This document shows positions 35,305 to 43,735 of a DNA stretch of 64,000 nucleotides, one piece after another; within the stretch, counting starts at the first letter, position 1; each line of letters opens with the position of its first letter. The stretch is from a virus (taxonomy: Duplodnaviria; Heunggongvirae; Uroviricota; Caudoviricetes). A program made the position numbers and the translations under genes. The DNA is taken from positions 22,078 through 86,077 of the IMG/VR virus record IMGVR_UViG_3300037067_008629; one strand, written 5' to 3'. The notes below the pieces were generated by a model, which had not been told where the DNA came from, did not search any database, and saw only the letters and a list, made by a program, of their open reading frames with translations.

Positions 35305-36027
35305 TTATAGCCCTAGTAAAGATTTAATAAGGTTCCATAACCAAAGCCAAAAACTATTTGCAGGTTCTGGTTCTACTGGTGTAATTGGAGTCTCGTGACG
35401 ACCAATAAGAAATGCAGCCTCACCATCCTCAGTTAGCAATTTCTTCATATCAGCAAAACTAATCTTAAAGTCACCGTTCTTGCCCCAGCCAAGACCCCAG
35501 CTATTATGTCCAACAAGATATTCCTCTTCAACATTAATACCTTTAACTAACCAACAATGACCACCTTCATTATAACCAGTCACATGCACAAATCCATTCT
35601 CATCTGTCTCAGACATTCCACTATACCAACTAGTACCAACAATCGCTGGCCCTTCATTTGAGATACCATTTAGAAAAGTCTCAAAATCAAAGGACCAATT
35701 ATAAGCATCGCACCAACCTGCATTCTTTAATGCTTTTAAACCAGCTAGTACGCTGGTTCCTTCATAATTCTCACCTGGAAATTCATCAAGTTTTTGAGCT
35801 TCTTTATAGATGTTACGACAGTAGTTATAATCGACTGAAGCTACTTCAACAGGTGCGGCAACTAATTCATGGCCACAGCCAAAACCAACACATGAACCTT
35901 CATTACCTTGATCCAAATGTTTCTTGCAATCCCAAGTTCTGGTCTGAAGTAGATATAACTTCAGAAGTAGTGGATACTTACGACTTCTTTCATCAAATTG
36001 AATATGGCGTCCAAATTGTCTAGGCAT
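35305..36027 (-). CDS. papain-family (C1) cysteine peptidase
   Basis: QGNEGSCVGFG is the Q...C-containing motif (CGSCWAF-like). GHCWLVKG and GHNSWGLGWGKNGDF carry the His and the NSWG...WG...G motif. Confidence 0.55.
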   Translation of the reverse strand: MPRQFGRHIQFDERSRKYPLLLKLYLLQTRTWDCKKHLDQGNEGSCVGFGCGHELVAAPVEVASVDYNYCRNIYKEAQKLDEFPGENYEGTSVLAGLKALKNAGWCDAYNWSFDFETFLNGISNEGPAIVGTSWYSGMSETDENGFVHVTGYNEGGHCWLVKGINVEEEYLVGHNSWGLGWGKNGDFKISFADMKKLLTEDGEAAFLIGRHETPITPVEPEPANSFWLWLWNLIKSLLGL

Positions 36028-36406
36028 TTATTTTCTCCAATGTAGCTTTCCAGGTATCAGTAAAATAATATTGAATTCTGCGGACTATCTTCTTAGATGT
36101 TAGGAGCCATTTAGCAGTTTCGCCCCTTGAATTTTCAGTTTCATAGGGAACTGTGCCCGGATATTTTTTAGCGTGTAACTCTTCAATTGCTTCTCGAATA
36201 GCTTCATTTAGTGTATGGTGAATGCTGCGCGAAAACATTTGGATTTCAAATGGTGGATGATTTGTATCTTCTTTCCTTAAATAATAACCAATATGCCTTG
36301 AAATATCTACCAGTGTGATACCATCAAGGTCATCAATATTAATAGAAATTGGTACAGTCAATGTCAAATTACATTTAGTCATAATACGTGGTTTAAATAT
36401 TGTCAT
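36020..36406 (-). CDS. hypothetical protein
   Basis: 128-aa ORF. Confidence 0.35.
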   Translation of the reverse strand: MTIFKPRIMTKCNLTLTVPISINIDDLDGITLVDISRHIGYYLRKEDTNHPPFEIQMFSRSIHHTLNEAIREAIEELHAKKYPGTVPYETENSRGETAKWLLTSKKIVRRIQYYFTDTWKATLEKINA

Positions 36407-36611
36407 TTTTACCCCAGGTAAAATTTAGCCAAAGACGTTCATGGTAATAATAAAAGATTATCTTAACAATAAGACAAGTAATTGATAGTGAAATACTCGA
36501 TGTAATACAACTTGTAAATAAATAAGCAACACCTACTGTAATAAACGTAGAAATAGACTCCCACGTAATAGCTTTTACTAACGATCGTTGTCGGCTAGTC
36601 TTTGTCTTCAT
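36393..36611 (-). CDS. small membrane protein
   Basis: 72 aa with two hydrophobic helices. Confidence 0.35.
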   Translation of the reverse strand: MKTKTSRQRSLVKAITWESISTFITVGVAYLFTSCITSSISLSITCLIVKIIFYYYHERLWLNFTWGKNDNI

Positions 36612-38589
36612 CTATATCTTCAAAACATTGAGTAAATTCACCCATAGACATTAATTCCAAACGACGATTCTCTTTTAAAATTTCAAGTACACGCAGATCA
36701 GTTGGAAGATGAATTAAATCTACAATAGTTGCACCCTTATTCTCATCCATCCCAATTCTATGAATACGATCCTCACTTTGTGAACGCGCTTCAGGGTTAT
36801 AGTCGTTCGAGTAATAACAGATAGTTCGTGATTCAACTAAAGTTAAAGATAAACCACCGCTTTTTGGATGGGCGACAAATACTACTCGTGGATGATTTAC
36901 TAAATCAGCCCAGTAATCCAACGGTGCTTCATTTATAATTCCGTCCTTAGTGCGAACTTGCCAGCCACGGCCATCAACACGTACAACATCCCATTCTTGT
37001 TTTAAACAAATAGCAGTCACTTTATCAATTGAACCAGTAAATCCCGCAAATACAACTAATCTACCAGTCTCTTCGTTTTCTTCTAACAAAGAAATAAGTG
37101 CCTCTTCTTTTGGACAGGGAACTTCTTTTACAGTTCGCTCTAATTTATCAACCTGACCTGTACCATTACATGAAGCACATGGAAAGTCTTGTTTTTCTAA
37201 AGTTTTAACATACTCTGGGTCAAGCATATCTATCATAGTAAATGCACGATCCGAATCTTCTGGATCAACCCAATAGGATGTAATACAGGTGCCATCACAA
37301 ACTGGGCAAGTTTCTTTTCCAACTACCTTATTACGATATTGAAAACCATCACTTAATTCACGCAACCACGTTAATCCAGTAATAGTATTTGGGGCTGCTT
37401 GAAGAAGTGATTGAGCAACACGTAGTGTTGATGGCTTAGGGGGACATTGAATAATCCGATATCGCTTATCAGGGAGATCAATACAATCTTTCTTATGTTT
37501 AATGACAGCAAGTCCTTTTAATCGTTTATATAAAAAAGCCACTTCGTTTTTACATGGCTTAAAATCATGCACATCTGCATCAGCCTTTAGATACTCATTT
37601 GTCGCATCAAGTAAATGAGTATGTTTACCGTCTTCCGCCAATTCTCCACATATATCACATTTTCGTTCATCATCTTTCCAAGTAACAAGCTTATGAAATG
37701 ATGTACCACCTAATCCCTCTTCTTTACGGTGTATACCAAGTCTAAATTCAAAAGAATTTCGACTACCTTCACGAAGATATCCAGGCCAAGTAATCTCTGC
37801 TTGACTCCACCAATCAGCGGGTGATTTAGGGGATGGAGTTCCTGACATAAGAATTACATAACCTTCAAATCCCCAGTCATTCCTAACGCCGTCCGCTAAT
37901 GCTTGGGCAGCCATTGTTCGCTTTGCTGTTGGATTCTTTAGCCGACTAGATTCATCAAATATTACACCGTGCGGAGCCTTTTGAGAACTATCCCAAGTAG
38001 ACATACGTTTGACTAGACCTTCATAAGTCATAATCTCAATGTTAAGTCTATCCGAAATACCCCACTTTTTAAATTCACGTTCAATCGCATACAGGCCAGA
38101 TTTGGGACCAATCCACCACCAATTCTGCTTTCCAGATTGTTCCATCAATTCAATCGCTGAAAGTGTTTTACCAGTTCCCATTTCAGCGCCCCATACCTGA
38201 TAGTGGAATGTTAATCCCAAATCAGTCATGTCTTTTTGATGGGTCATCAAAGGACGTGTATATTCAAAATGCTGAAGCGGTCGATCAAACCAAGCGTAAA
38301 CATCTTCGCCCAATAATAACCGTAGTTGAAACCAATTCCTAAAACAATTTGATGCTGTCCAAATCTTACGTGGCGGATCATCGTATCCATGCCACCTAGC
38401 ACCTTTCATTGATTTTATTTCGTCCTTTAATTCAAAAGGAGATTTTAAAAATTCAATGTTGACAGGTGTTACTAGAATCTGGCCGGGCTTTTTAATTAAG
38501 GTACCCGACTTAGTTTCAACAAGAAACTTAATATCAAGTGGTTGATTTAATGGAACTGCATCAAACATAGAAACCTCATTAAGGACCAA
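36595..38589 (-). CDS. SNF2-family helicase/ATPase with Cys-rich insertion
   Basis: Motif I is GAEMGTGKT and motif II is VIFDESSRLKN (DEAH-box-like, SNF2-type). C-terminal helicase motifs are present, with CxxC clusters (CDICG, CPVCDGTC, CASCNGTG) inserted. Confidence 0.6.
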   Translation of the reverse strand: MVLNEVSMFDAVPLNQPLDIKFLVETKSGTLIKKPGQILVTPVNIEFLKSPFELKDEIKSMKGARWHGYDDPPRKIWTASNCFRNWFQLRLLLGEDVYAWFDRPLQHFEYTRPLMTHQKDMTDLGLTFHYQVWGAEMGTGKTLSAIELMEQSGKQNWWWIGPKSGLYAIEREFKKWGISDRLNIEIMTYEGLVKRMSTWDSSQKAPHGVIFDESSRLKNPTAKRTMAAQALADGVRNDWGFEGYVILMSGTPSPKSPADWWSQAEITWPGYLREGSRNSFEFRLGIHRKEEGLGGTSFHKLVTWKDDERKCDICGELAEDGKHTHLLDATNEYLKADADVHDFKPCKNEVAFLYKRLKGLAVIKHKKDCIDLPDKRYRIIQCPPKPSTLRVAQSLLQAAPNTITGLTWLRELSDGFQYRNKVVGKETCPVCDGTCITSYWVDPEDSDRAFTMIDMLDPEYVKTLEKQDFPCASCNGTGQVDKLERTVKEVPCPKEEALISLLEENEETGRLVVFAGFTGSIDKVTAICLKQEWDVVRVDGRGWQVRTKDGIINEAPLDYWADLVNHPRVVFVAHPKSGGLSLTLVESRTICYYSNDYNPEARSQSEDRIHRIGMDENKGATIVDLIHLPTDLRVLEILKENRRLELMSMGEFTQCFEDIDEDKD

Positions 38590-38749
38590 TATATGTATTA
38601 GGAGCTAATAACTGAATTATTGCATCTAAGTCAGTATAACCAAAACCACATGTACTGACCATTAAATCCTCAAACGTGTCAGTATAAACAGCACAAAAAG
38701 CATCACCATCTTTAAATACAGAAATATTCATAGCATCTTTAGGTATCAT
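38579..38749 (-). CDS. small hypothetical protein (track start is TTG; the ATG at 38749 is the likelier start)
   Basis: The track ORF begins with TTG. The in-frame ATG (MIPKDAM...) overlaps the upstream stop (ATGA). Confidence 0.3.
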   Translation of the reverse strand: MIPKDAMNISVFKDGDAFCAVYTDTFEDLMVSTCGFGYTDLDAIIQLLAPNTYIGP

Positions 38750-38904
38750 ACATCCTCCCAAGAATCATCATCATCATAAATATCACCATAATATTCATAT
38801 TCTTCCTCATCATACTCATCGTCCATTAAATCAGCCTCAAAATCAAAATCAAAATCATCGTTGTCAAAAGCATCTCCGTCAAATTCAAACTTATTGTAAC
38901 TCAT
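38746..38904 (-). CDS. very acidic small protein (not in ORF track)
   Basis: 52 codons reading MSYNKFEFDGDAFDNDDFDFDFEADLMDDEYDEEEYEYYGDIYDDDDSWEDV. GGAGGA sits 7 nt upstream of the ATG. It is coupled to both neighbours. Confidence 0.45.
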   Translation of the reverse strand: MSYNKFEFDGDAFDNDDFDFDFEADLMDDEYDEEEYEYYGDIYDDDDSWEDV

Positions 38905-38907
38905 TAC

Positions 38908-39423
38908 TTATTCCTCCAACGTAAAAGTACCATCAGAAAGTAATTTTTTATGCTTAATAAAAAATGCTTCTGCTAAACCTAAGTTACAAAATTGTGTATA
39001 GATTTTACCATATACTCTACGAATAAATTCAGGTTGTTCTGTTCGGCAACCCCTTATAACTGCTGTTCTCCAAGCTAATAATGATCCAGTTGCAATAACT
39101 GATTGTATCCCACGGAGTTTAGTAGTAGTTAGTGCAAATGGCATACCACCCAATACTTCCAATAGTAGATTCATATCAACATCTTCTGCTGCAAAAAGGC
39201 AACCATAATGTAGCAAATTATAAACATCACGATTTGCTTTAACATTGGCTGTGGCCTTTTTATCTCTAAAACCAGCCAGACACGCAATTAAGTGTTGCTG
39301 ATTTTTTAATCCTGATGCATCTGCGGCCCTAGAGGGGGAGTAGCCTAGCATTTCATTTGCTAATGTTAGAAATGCTGGTGTATTCATACTAGGAATCAAA
39401 AGTAGTAAGGCATCAGCGTTCAC
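38908..39423 (-). CDS. hypothetical protein
   Basis: 171-aa ORF. Confidence 0.4.
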   Translation of the reverse strand: MNADALLLLIPSMNTPAFLTLANEMLGYSPSRAADASGLKNQQHLIACLAGFRDKKATANVKANRDVYNLLHYGCLFAAEDVDMNLLLEVLGGMPFALTTTKLRGIQSVIATGSLLAWRTAVIRGCRTEQPEFIRRVYGKIYTQFCNLGLAEAFFIKHKKLLSDGTFTLEE

Positions 39424-39761
39424 GCTAATTTGCCTCCATGACGGTATGAGCGTGTCTTATTATATTCTAATTTTAATCTAAGAGCTTCTTCCAAAGGAAT
39501 GTTAAACTTGCCACAAGTATCGGCTACTCGAATCAAAAGATCAGCAAACTCCACAGCGATCCCTTCCGGCTTGTCATCCAAATTGTATACCATACTATAT
39601 TTGTCCAAACCGTGCTTTCGATACTCCTCCATTACTTCGGCTAATTCTGTTACCATTAACATTAACTTTTCGCCAAAATTAATTTCTTTATCCCACCAAC
39701 CTTTTTCTAAGGCTGTAGTATAAGATTGTTGAATTAATTCTTGTATTGTCATGGATACCAT
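39420..39761 (-). CDS. mazG: MazG-like nucleotide pyrophosphohydrolase
   Basis: All-alpha NTP-PPase acidic motifs: MLMVTELAEVMEE and GIAVEFADLLIRVAD. Length is 113 aa. Confidence 0.55.
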   Translation of the reverse strand: MVSMTIQELIQQSYTTALEKGWWDKEINFGEKLMLMVTELAEVMEEYRKHGLDKYSMVYNLDDKPEGIAVEFADLLIRVADTCGKFNIPLEEALRLKLEYNKTRSYRHGGKLA

Positions 39762-40225
39762 ACCTTTCCATCAAATAGATTTTGGCAATAACCTAGTTTT
39801 CCATACCACCAAGTATATGTCACACCACTGGCTTCAAAAATCTTCTTAGCCAACTCAGTATCTTCTCGCCAACGGTCTGGTGTCATTTCCAAAGCATTCC
39901 CATGGCAGACTACCTCTTTAATACCTGAAAGAACAATCGCACGAGCACAATCACAACAAGCAGCCCATGGACAATACATGGTAGCACCTTCTAAAGATAC
40001 TCCCTCTTTTGCTGCCTTAAAAATTGCGTCTCGTTCCGCGTGTTCAATAATTTTGTACTTTAATGCTCTGTCTGTTAAATCAAAATTATCTAAACCAGGA
40101 GGTAGGTGATTCCAGCCCATAAACATATGAGATTGGGTTAAGATAATGGCTCCAACCTTCGTACTAGGGTCAGGGCTATAAAGATGTGCAATTCGATATG
40201 CAGATCGTAAATTATTCTTGTTCAT
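39749..40225 (-). CDS. dCMP deaminase
   Basis: HAERDAI is the zinc-binding H-A-E motif and YCPWAACCDCARAIVLSGI is the PCxxC motif. Confidence 0.75.
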   Translation of the reverse strand: MNKNNLRSAYRIAHLYSPDPSTKVGAIILTQSHMFMGWNHLPPGLDNFDLTDRALKYKIIEHAERDAIFKAAKEGVSLEGATMYCPWAACCDCARAIVLSGIKEVVCHGNALEMTPDRWREDTELAKKIFEASGVTYTWWYGKLGYCQNLFDGKVWYP

Positions 40226-40272
40226 TATTTAGATTTCCTGGACCAAATCCAGCTTGATGTTGTCATAATTTA

Positions 40273-40345
40273 GGCCACCAGAAGGAATTGAACCCTCAAC
40301 ATTCGCAGTACAGGTGCGATGCTCTGCCAATTGAGCTATGGTGGC
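40273..40345 (-). tRNA. tRNA-Thr (anticodon UGU), with C at position 33
   Basis: Hand-folded: acceptor GCCACCA/TGGTGGC, D-arm GCTC-AATTGGCA-GAGC, anticodon stem TCGCA/TGCGA with loop CCTGTAC, T-arm GAGGG-TTCAATT-CCTTC. Length is 73 nt. Position 33 is C rather than U. Confidence 0.65.
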
Positions 40346-40351
40346 TTCTCC

Positions 40352-40855
40352 TTATTCAGTAGTAAACTTAATAGTCTGTGACATGAGGCATCCACGATCA
40401 CTACATGGATACACAGTTACTGCCCCCGTTATAACTAATGGTTCATTAGAGTTTAATGAACTAACATTCAATGTCCATTCGACTTGTCCAGAAAGTGTCT
40501 CAATATCAAGTCCTGGCAAAAAATCATAGTGTATAATAACTGGTTTAGGAGTTTCAGTCCACTTAGCCTCTCGATCAACCATTGCCCCAGGACCTAGTTC
40601 AATCCTAGTGGGTTGAGGTCCCCCACTTTTTTGATTAATGGAGTAGATGTGGCAACCTTTTGGAATAGTTGCAACTATTTTTAATTGATACTCACTCGAA
40701 GTAAGTGGCACTAAAGCAGCCTGTACTTCTACTTGTGGCACAGTTGACCTAACCGTCTTGGGAATTTCAGGTGTTGAGACAAACAGTGGTGCAATACAAA
40801 TCCATACTATCATGCTTGTTAATAGTCCCAAGCCTATAATCAAAGATTTACTCAT
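40352..40855 (-). CDS. secreted/lipoprotein-like protein (track start TTG at 40867; ATG at 40855 likelier)
   Basis: Signal-peptide-like N-terminus (MSKSLIIGLGLLTSMIVWICIAP) with a Cys near the cleavage region. Confidence 0.4.
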   Translation of the reverse strand: MSKSLIIGLGLLTSMIVWICIAPLFVSTPEIPKTVRSTVPQVEVQAALVPLTSSEYQLKIVATIPKGCHIYSINQKSGGPQPTRIELGPGAMVDREAKWTETPKPVIIHYDFLPGLDIETLSGQVEWTLNVSSLNSNEPLVITGAVTVYPCSDRGCLMSQTIKFTTE

Positions 40856-40856
40856 A

Positions 40857-41025
40857 TTAAGCTCCAAAAATAAACCGCTAAATTATAAGGCCAACAAGCA
40901 ATTAGTACTAAATCATTGCCTGTAATAGTATTATCTGAAGCAATTGCAATATTAACAGCAATTCCAAATAATGCTACACAACCACCAAGCCAAAAGGCTA
41001 AACTATGGGTTAATAATTTTTTCAT
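40857..41025 (-). CDS. small membrane protein (not in ORF track)
   Basis: 56 aa reading MKKLLTHSLAFWLGGCVALFGIAVNIAIAS. Its start overlaps the upstream stop (TAATG). Confidence 0.3.
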
Positions 41026-41231
41026 TACTTACCTCGCATCTTATCAATAAACGCAACTATATAACCAATAACAGCTTTTACAGCTGGTGCTGCAATCTCA
41101 TAAATATCACTTGCAGCATAAACTGGCCAGACAAGTGTATTCGTAATAGCTGGAATACTAATTGTCCCAGCAGCCCGCAAATTTAAAAGGTTAACCAAAA
41201 CTCCACCCGCATAAATATATACTAAACTCAT
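41025..41231 (-). CDS. small membrane protein
   Basis: 68 aa and hydrophobic. Confidence 0.35.
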   Translation of the reverse strand: MSLVYIYAGGVLVNLLNLRAAGTISIPAITNTLVWPVYAASDIYEIAAPAVKAVIGYIVAFIDKMRGK

Positions 41232-41255
41232 AACAATTCTCCTATAAAATTAGAA

Positions 41256-41288
41256 GTGGGAGAGCCATTACGGTCATGGCTCTCCCAC
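41256..41288 (-). terminator. rho-independent terminator (minus strand) downstream of 41299..42033
   Basis: Perfect 13-bp GC-rich stem gtgggagagccat / atggctctcccac with a 7-nt loop. On the minus strand it is followed by uucuaauuuuau. Confidence 0.55.
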
Positions 41289-41298
41289 TAAAGTGAGA

Positions 41299-42033
41299 CT
41301 ACCGATCACGCTTCTTAGGGGCATTTGCCTCTTCTACTTTTTCAATCTCTGTATTCTTCAAAGCCATAAACTTGTTAATTTCTTCTACAATAACTTCCGT
41401 GGGTGGAAGATTTGTAACTGGCGTGGAACATGAAACACATACTGGAACATGCCAGCCATATGTTGGTTTCTTGATATACTTAACCTTCAAGGTACAAGGT
41501 TCTGGAGCCGTTCCAACAGGGCGGTTTAGACGTAGAGAGAGTTGTTCAGCGTCAGCTGCCGACTTGGGAAGATAGGCACCAATCTTAGGTGCTTCTTTTC
41601 GCGTCGAACTAGTGCCACAGAAAAACTCATAAAACTGACCTGAACCACGTTCAAAAACCAAAAATGTTGGACCATACATACAACCCGAATTAGGCTGGTC
41701 GCCCAACTCTTTAATAACCTTAAATGCTTCGCTTGTCGGATCGTAGTTAGTAACAATACTGTCACGATCCCTCATATCTAAAGCCTTTACTCGACAACAC
41801 ACTGGCAGAATGTCAATTTCATTTCCCAAATCCTGAATGACATCATCACCACGAGGTACACCATAATGACCGGGCGCAATCAATCCATTATCAATAGCAG
41901 CACCCTTGGTGTATAGCTGAAGTCGATCTAAAAATGAACCACTCTTTGCAACCGCCTGGAAAATCTCACTATTTACACTTAAGCCAGTCGTTGGTAGCTG
42001 ATTCAAATTTACAGGTGTTAATTCATTACTCAT
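41299..42033 (-). CDS. hypothetical protein
   Basis: 244-aa ORF. Confidence 0.4.
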   Translation of the reverse strand: MSNELTPVNLNQLPTTGLSVNSEIFQAVAKSGSFLDRLQLYTKGAAIDNGLIAPGHYGVPRGDDVIQDLGNEIDILPVCCRVKALDMRDRDSIVTNYDPTSEAFKVIKELGDQPNSGCMYGPTFLVFERGSGQFYEFFCGTSSTRKEAPKIGAYLPKSAADAEQLSLRLNRPVGTAPEPCTLKVKYIKKPTYGWHVPVCVSCSTPVTNLPPTEVIVEEINKFMALKNTEIEKVEEANAPKKRDR

Positions 42034-42056
42034 AGTTCAAAACCTCCAAAATAAAA

Positions 42057-43031
42057 TTAATCTTCAATTAACGAAATTCTCCAATCATCACTTAAACCTA
42101 ATTCTTTTTGACTCTTTAATATAGCACGTCTTTTTCTCCTTTCAATTAACTGTGTTTCCATTTTGTCTAATTTTTTCTGCTGTTTTGCAGCATGTTGCTT
42201 TACACTATCAGTATCCAAGTGCAAAACCCATGCCAAAGCCTGTCTCCAAACATTTAATGGTGATAATTCTGCATCTGTTTGAAGAGAGCTAAGAATAACT
42301 GAACCACTAATAGGTTTTTCAAATTCACTTTTTATCTGTCTTAGATTACGAAGATGCGGCTGCGGAGTTTGATTTAATATAAAAAACTTTTCAGCTTTAC
42401 CTTTAAATGCTTGCTCCCAATAATCTTTCATCATTCCATTACATATTCTTGCCGCATCTTTTCCACTCATGCAAAGCGCTTTAGGTAAAAATTCTTCCTG
42501 CATCTTTTGAGGTAAACAACACATAGCATATGCAGCAACCAAGGAAAGATTACCGGCGTCTAACTCCCGTTTAGCTGAATCACATAACCGAGTTAATTTT
42601 AATGTTGATCGTATCCAACCTGGATTTTTATTAATTCTAACAGAAAGTGCTTCAAAAGTCAAGTCTGAATCGGCAGCAAATAATCTTTTTAAGTGCATTG
42701 CAAATTCAGCACGTTTTGTAGGAGGACGTTGCATATTTTCTTCAATCTGCATAATTAAAGCTTCTTCGTCAGATGCAGATACAAGAACACAGGGGATTTT
42801 TGTTAGTCCAATGTCTTGAGCACAAGAAAATCTATACATACCAGCAACAATTTCATACTTTCCCTCAAAGCGAATAGATTGTCGAACAGTAATGGCACTT
42901 ATAATGCCGTGGGTCGCAATAGAATCACGAAGTTCCATATAGTCTAACGTGCGGCGATCCACTACTCTCAGCATGAGATATGGAGTAACTATTTGATCTA
43001 TATTAAGATTAAGACTTAAATTTTCAGGCAT
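42057..43031 (-). CDS. ParB-like nuclease domain protein
   Basis: N-terminal ParB/Srx-like region (GIISAITVRQ...YEIVAGMYRF), with a helical rest. Confidence 0.45.
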   Translation of the reverse strand: MPENLSLNLNIDQIVTPYLMLRVVDRRTLDYMELRDSIATHGIISAITVRQSIRFEGKYEIVAGMYRFSCAQDIGLTKIPCVLVSASDEEALIMQIEENMQRPPTKRAEFAMHLKRLFAADSDLTFEALSVRINKNPGWIRSTLKLTRLCDSAKRELDAGNLSLVAAYAMCCLPQKMQEEFLPKALCMSGKDAARICNGMMKDYWEQAFKGKAEKFFILNQTPQPHLRNLRQIKSEFEKPISGSVILSSLQTDAELSPLNVWRQALAWVLHLDTDSVKQHAAKQQKKLDKMETQLIERRKRRAILKSQKELGLSDDWRISLIED

Positions 43032-43341
43032 GGGGAGTACAAAATTTACATGAAGAACATAAATTTAAATTAACAATAACATCTTTTCCAATTTCTTTAT
43101 TAGTACAAATATGATAAAATGTAACACACCGACACCCTTCTTTTGGTATTTGTACTCTACTCCTAAAACAACAAGTTGTCCAAATAGGAATTAAAACCCA
43201 CGCATCTGAATTTTTAGGATTATTTGATTTACGCTGATAACCTTCTACTAATGGTGGGGGTTCCCACCCTCTTTTTGGGTATATTAATGTTCCATTATCT
43301 AATATATGTGGTTTATTATATTTTTTAAAACTCATACACAT
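43024..43341 (-). CDS. Cys-rich domain protein (paralog of the C-terminal part of 32057..32626)
   Basis: Shared block EPPP-x-V-x-GY-x-RKSNNP-x-x-SDAW-x-LIP followed by a Cys cluster. It is the first gene of the leftward operon leaving the 43.3-43.7 kb control region. Confidence 0.45.
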   Translation of the reverse strand: MCMSFKKYNKPHILDNGTLIYPKRGWEPPPLVEGYQRKSNNPKNSDAWVLIPIWTTCCFRSRVQIPKEGCRCVTFYHICTNKEIGKDVIVNLNLCSSCKFCTPHA

Positions 43342-43356
43342 TTACCTCTAGTATTA

Positions 43357-43699
43357 TTGCAGTCGAAGCAGCGCCGAAATTTCAAAGTTAGCGCCGATTT
43401 CTAAAAATTAAGCCCCGTAACTATCACTAATTATATCAGCATTTTTTAAATCAAAGACCACAAACAAGTTACATCAATAGTTGTCAAAGTGCGTTGTATC
43501 GAGAAAATAAACTTTTTAAAGGCGAGAAATTGAGATAAAAAATAATATACATTCGCTAGGAGAAAAAAGTTTTTTGCCCACAACGCACTTTGACAACTAT
43601 TGACGTAACTTGTACTATCGCCAATATTTAGACAAAATCGGAAGTGATTTTAAGTTAATAAGTAAGATTTTTGCAATTTCGGCGCTAGTTTGACTGCAA
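43357..43699. promoter_or_regulatory. divergent control region with nested long inverted repeats (putative operator/origin)
   Basis: Inner repeat: 43465-43497 caagttacatcaatagttgtcaaagtgcgttgt is inverted at 43579-43611 with 32 of 33 matches, around an 81-bp AT-rich spacer. Outer repeat: 43357-43382 attgcagtcgaagcagcgccgaaatt is inverted at 43674-43699 with 23 of 26 matches. Confidence 0.6.
43590..43618 (+). promoter_or_regulatory. sigma-70-like promoter for the rightward replication operon
   Basis: TTGACA (43590-43595), a 17-nt spacer, then TACTAT (43613-43618). The -35 box lies inside the right arm of the 33-bp inverted repeat, about 110 nt upstream of the primase ATG. Confidence 0.45.
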
Positions 43700-43735
43700 T
43701 ATAGATTAGAGAGCTTATTTAATTTGGAGATTATT

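Noticed and set aside
43465-43611. parS-like centromere for the two ParB-like proteins
   Set aside because: The arms of the 33-bp repeat are 81 bp apart rather than forming a compact 14-16-bp palindrome, and no TGTTNCAC-GTGNAACA-like core is visible. A promoter/operator or origin role fits better. The possibility is kept only as an alternative in the finding.
43724-43735. Primase start at 43724 as given in the ORF track
   Set aside because: The codon at 43724 is TTG. The ATG at 43736 has a GGAGA Shine-Dalgarno at the right spacing, so the track apparently treats TTG/GTG as Met. The same applies to 38761 and 40867.
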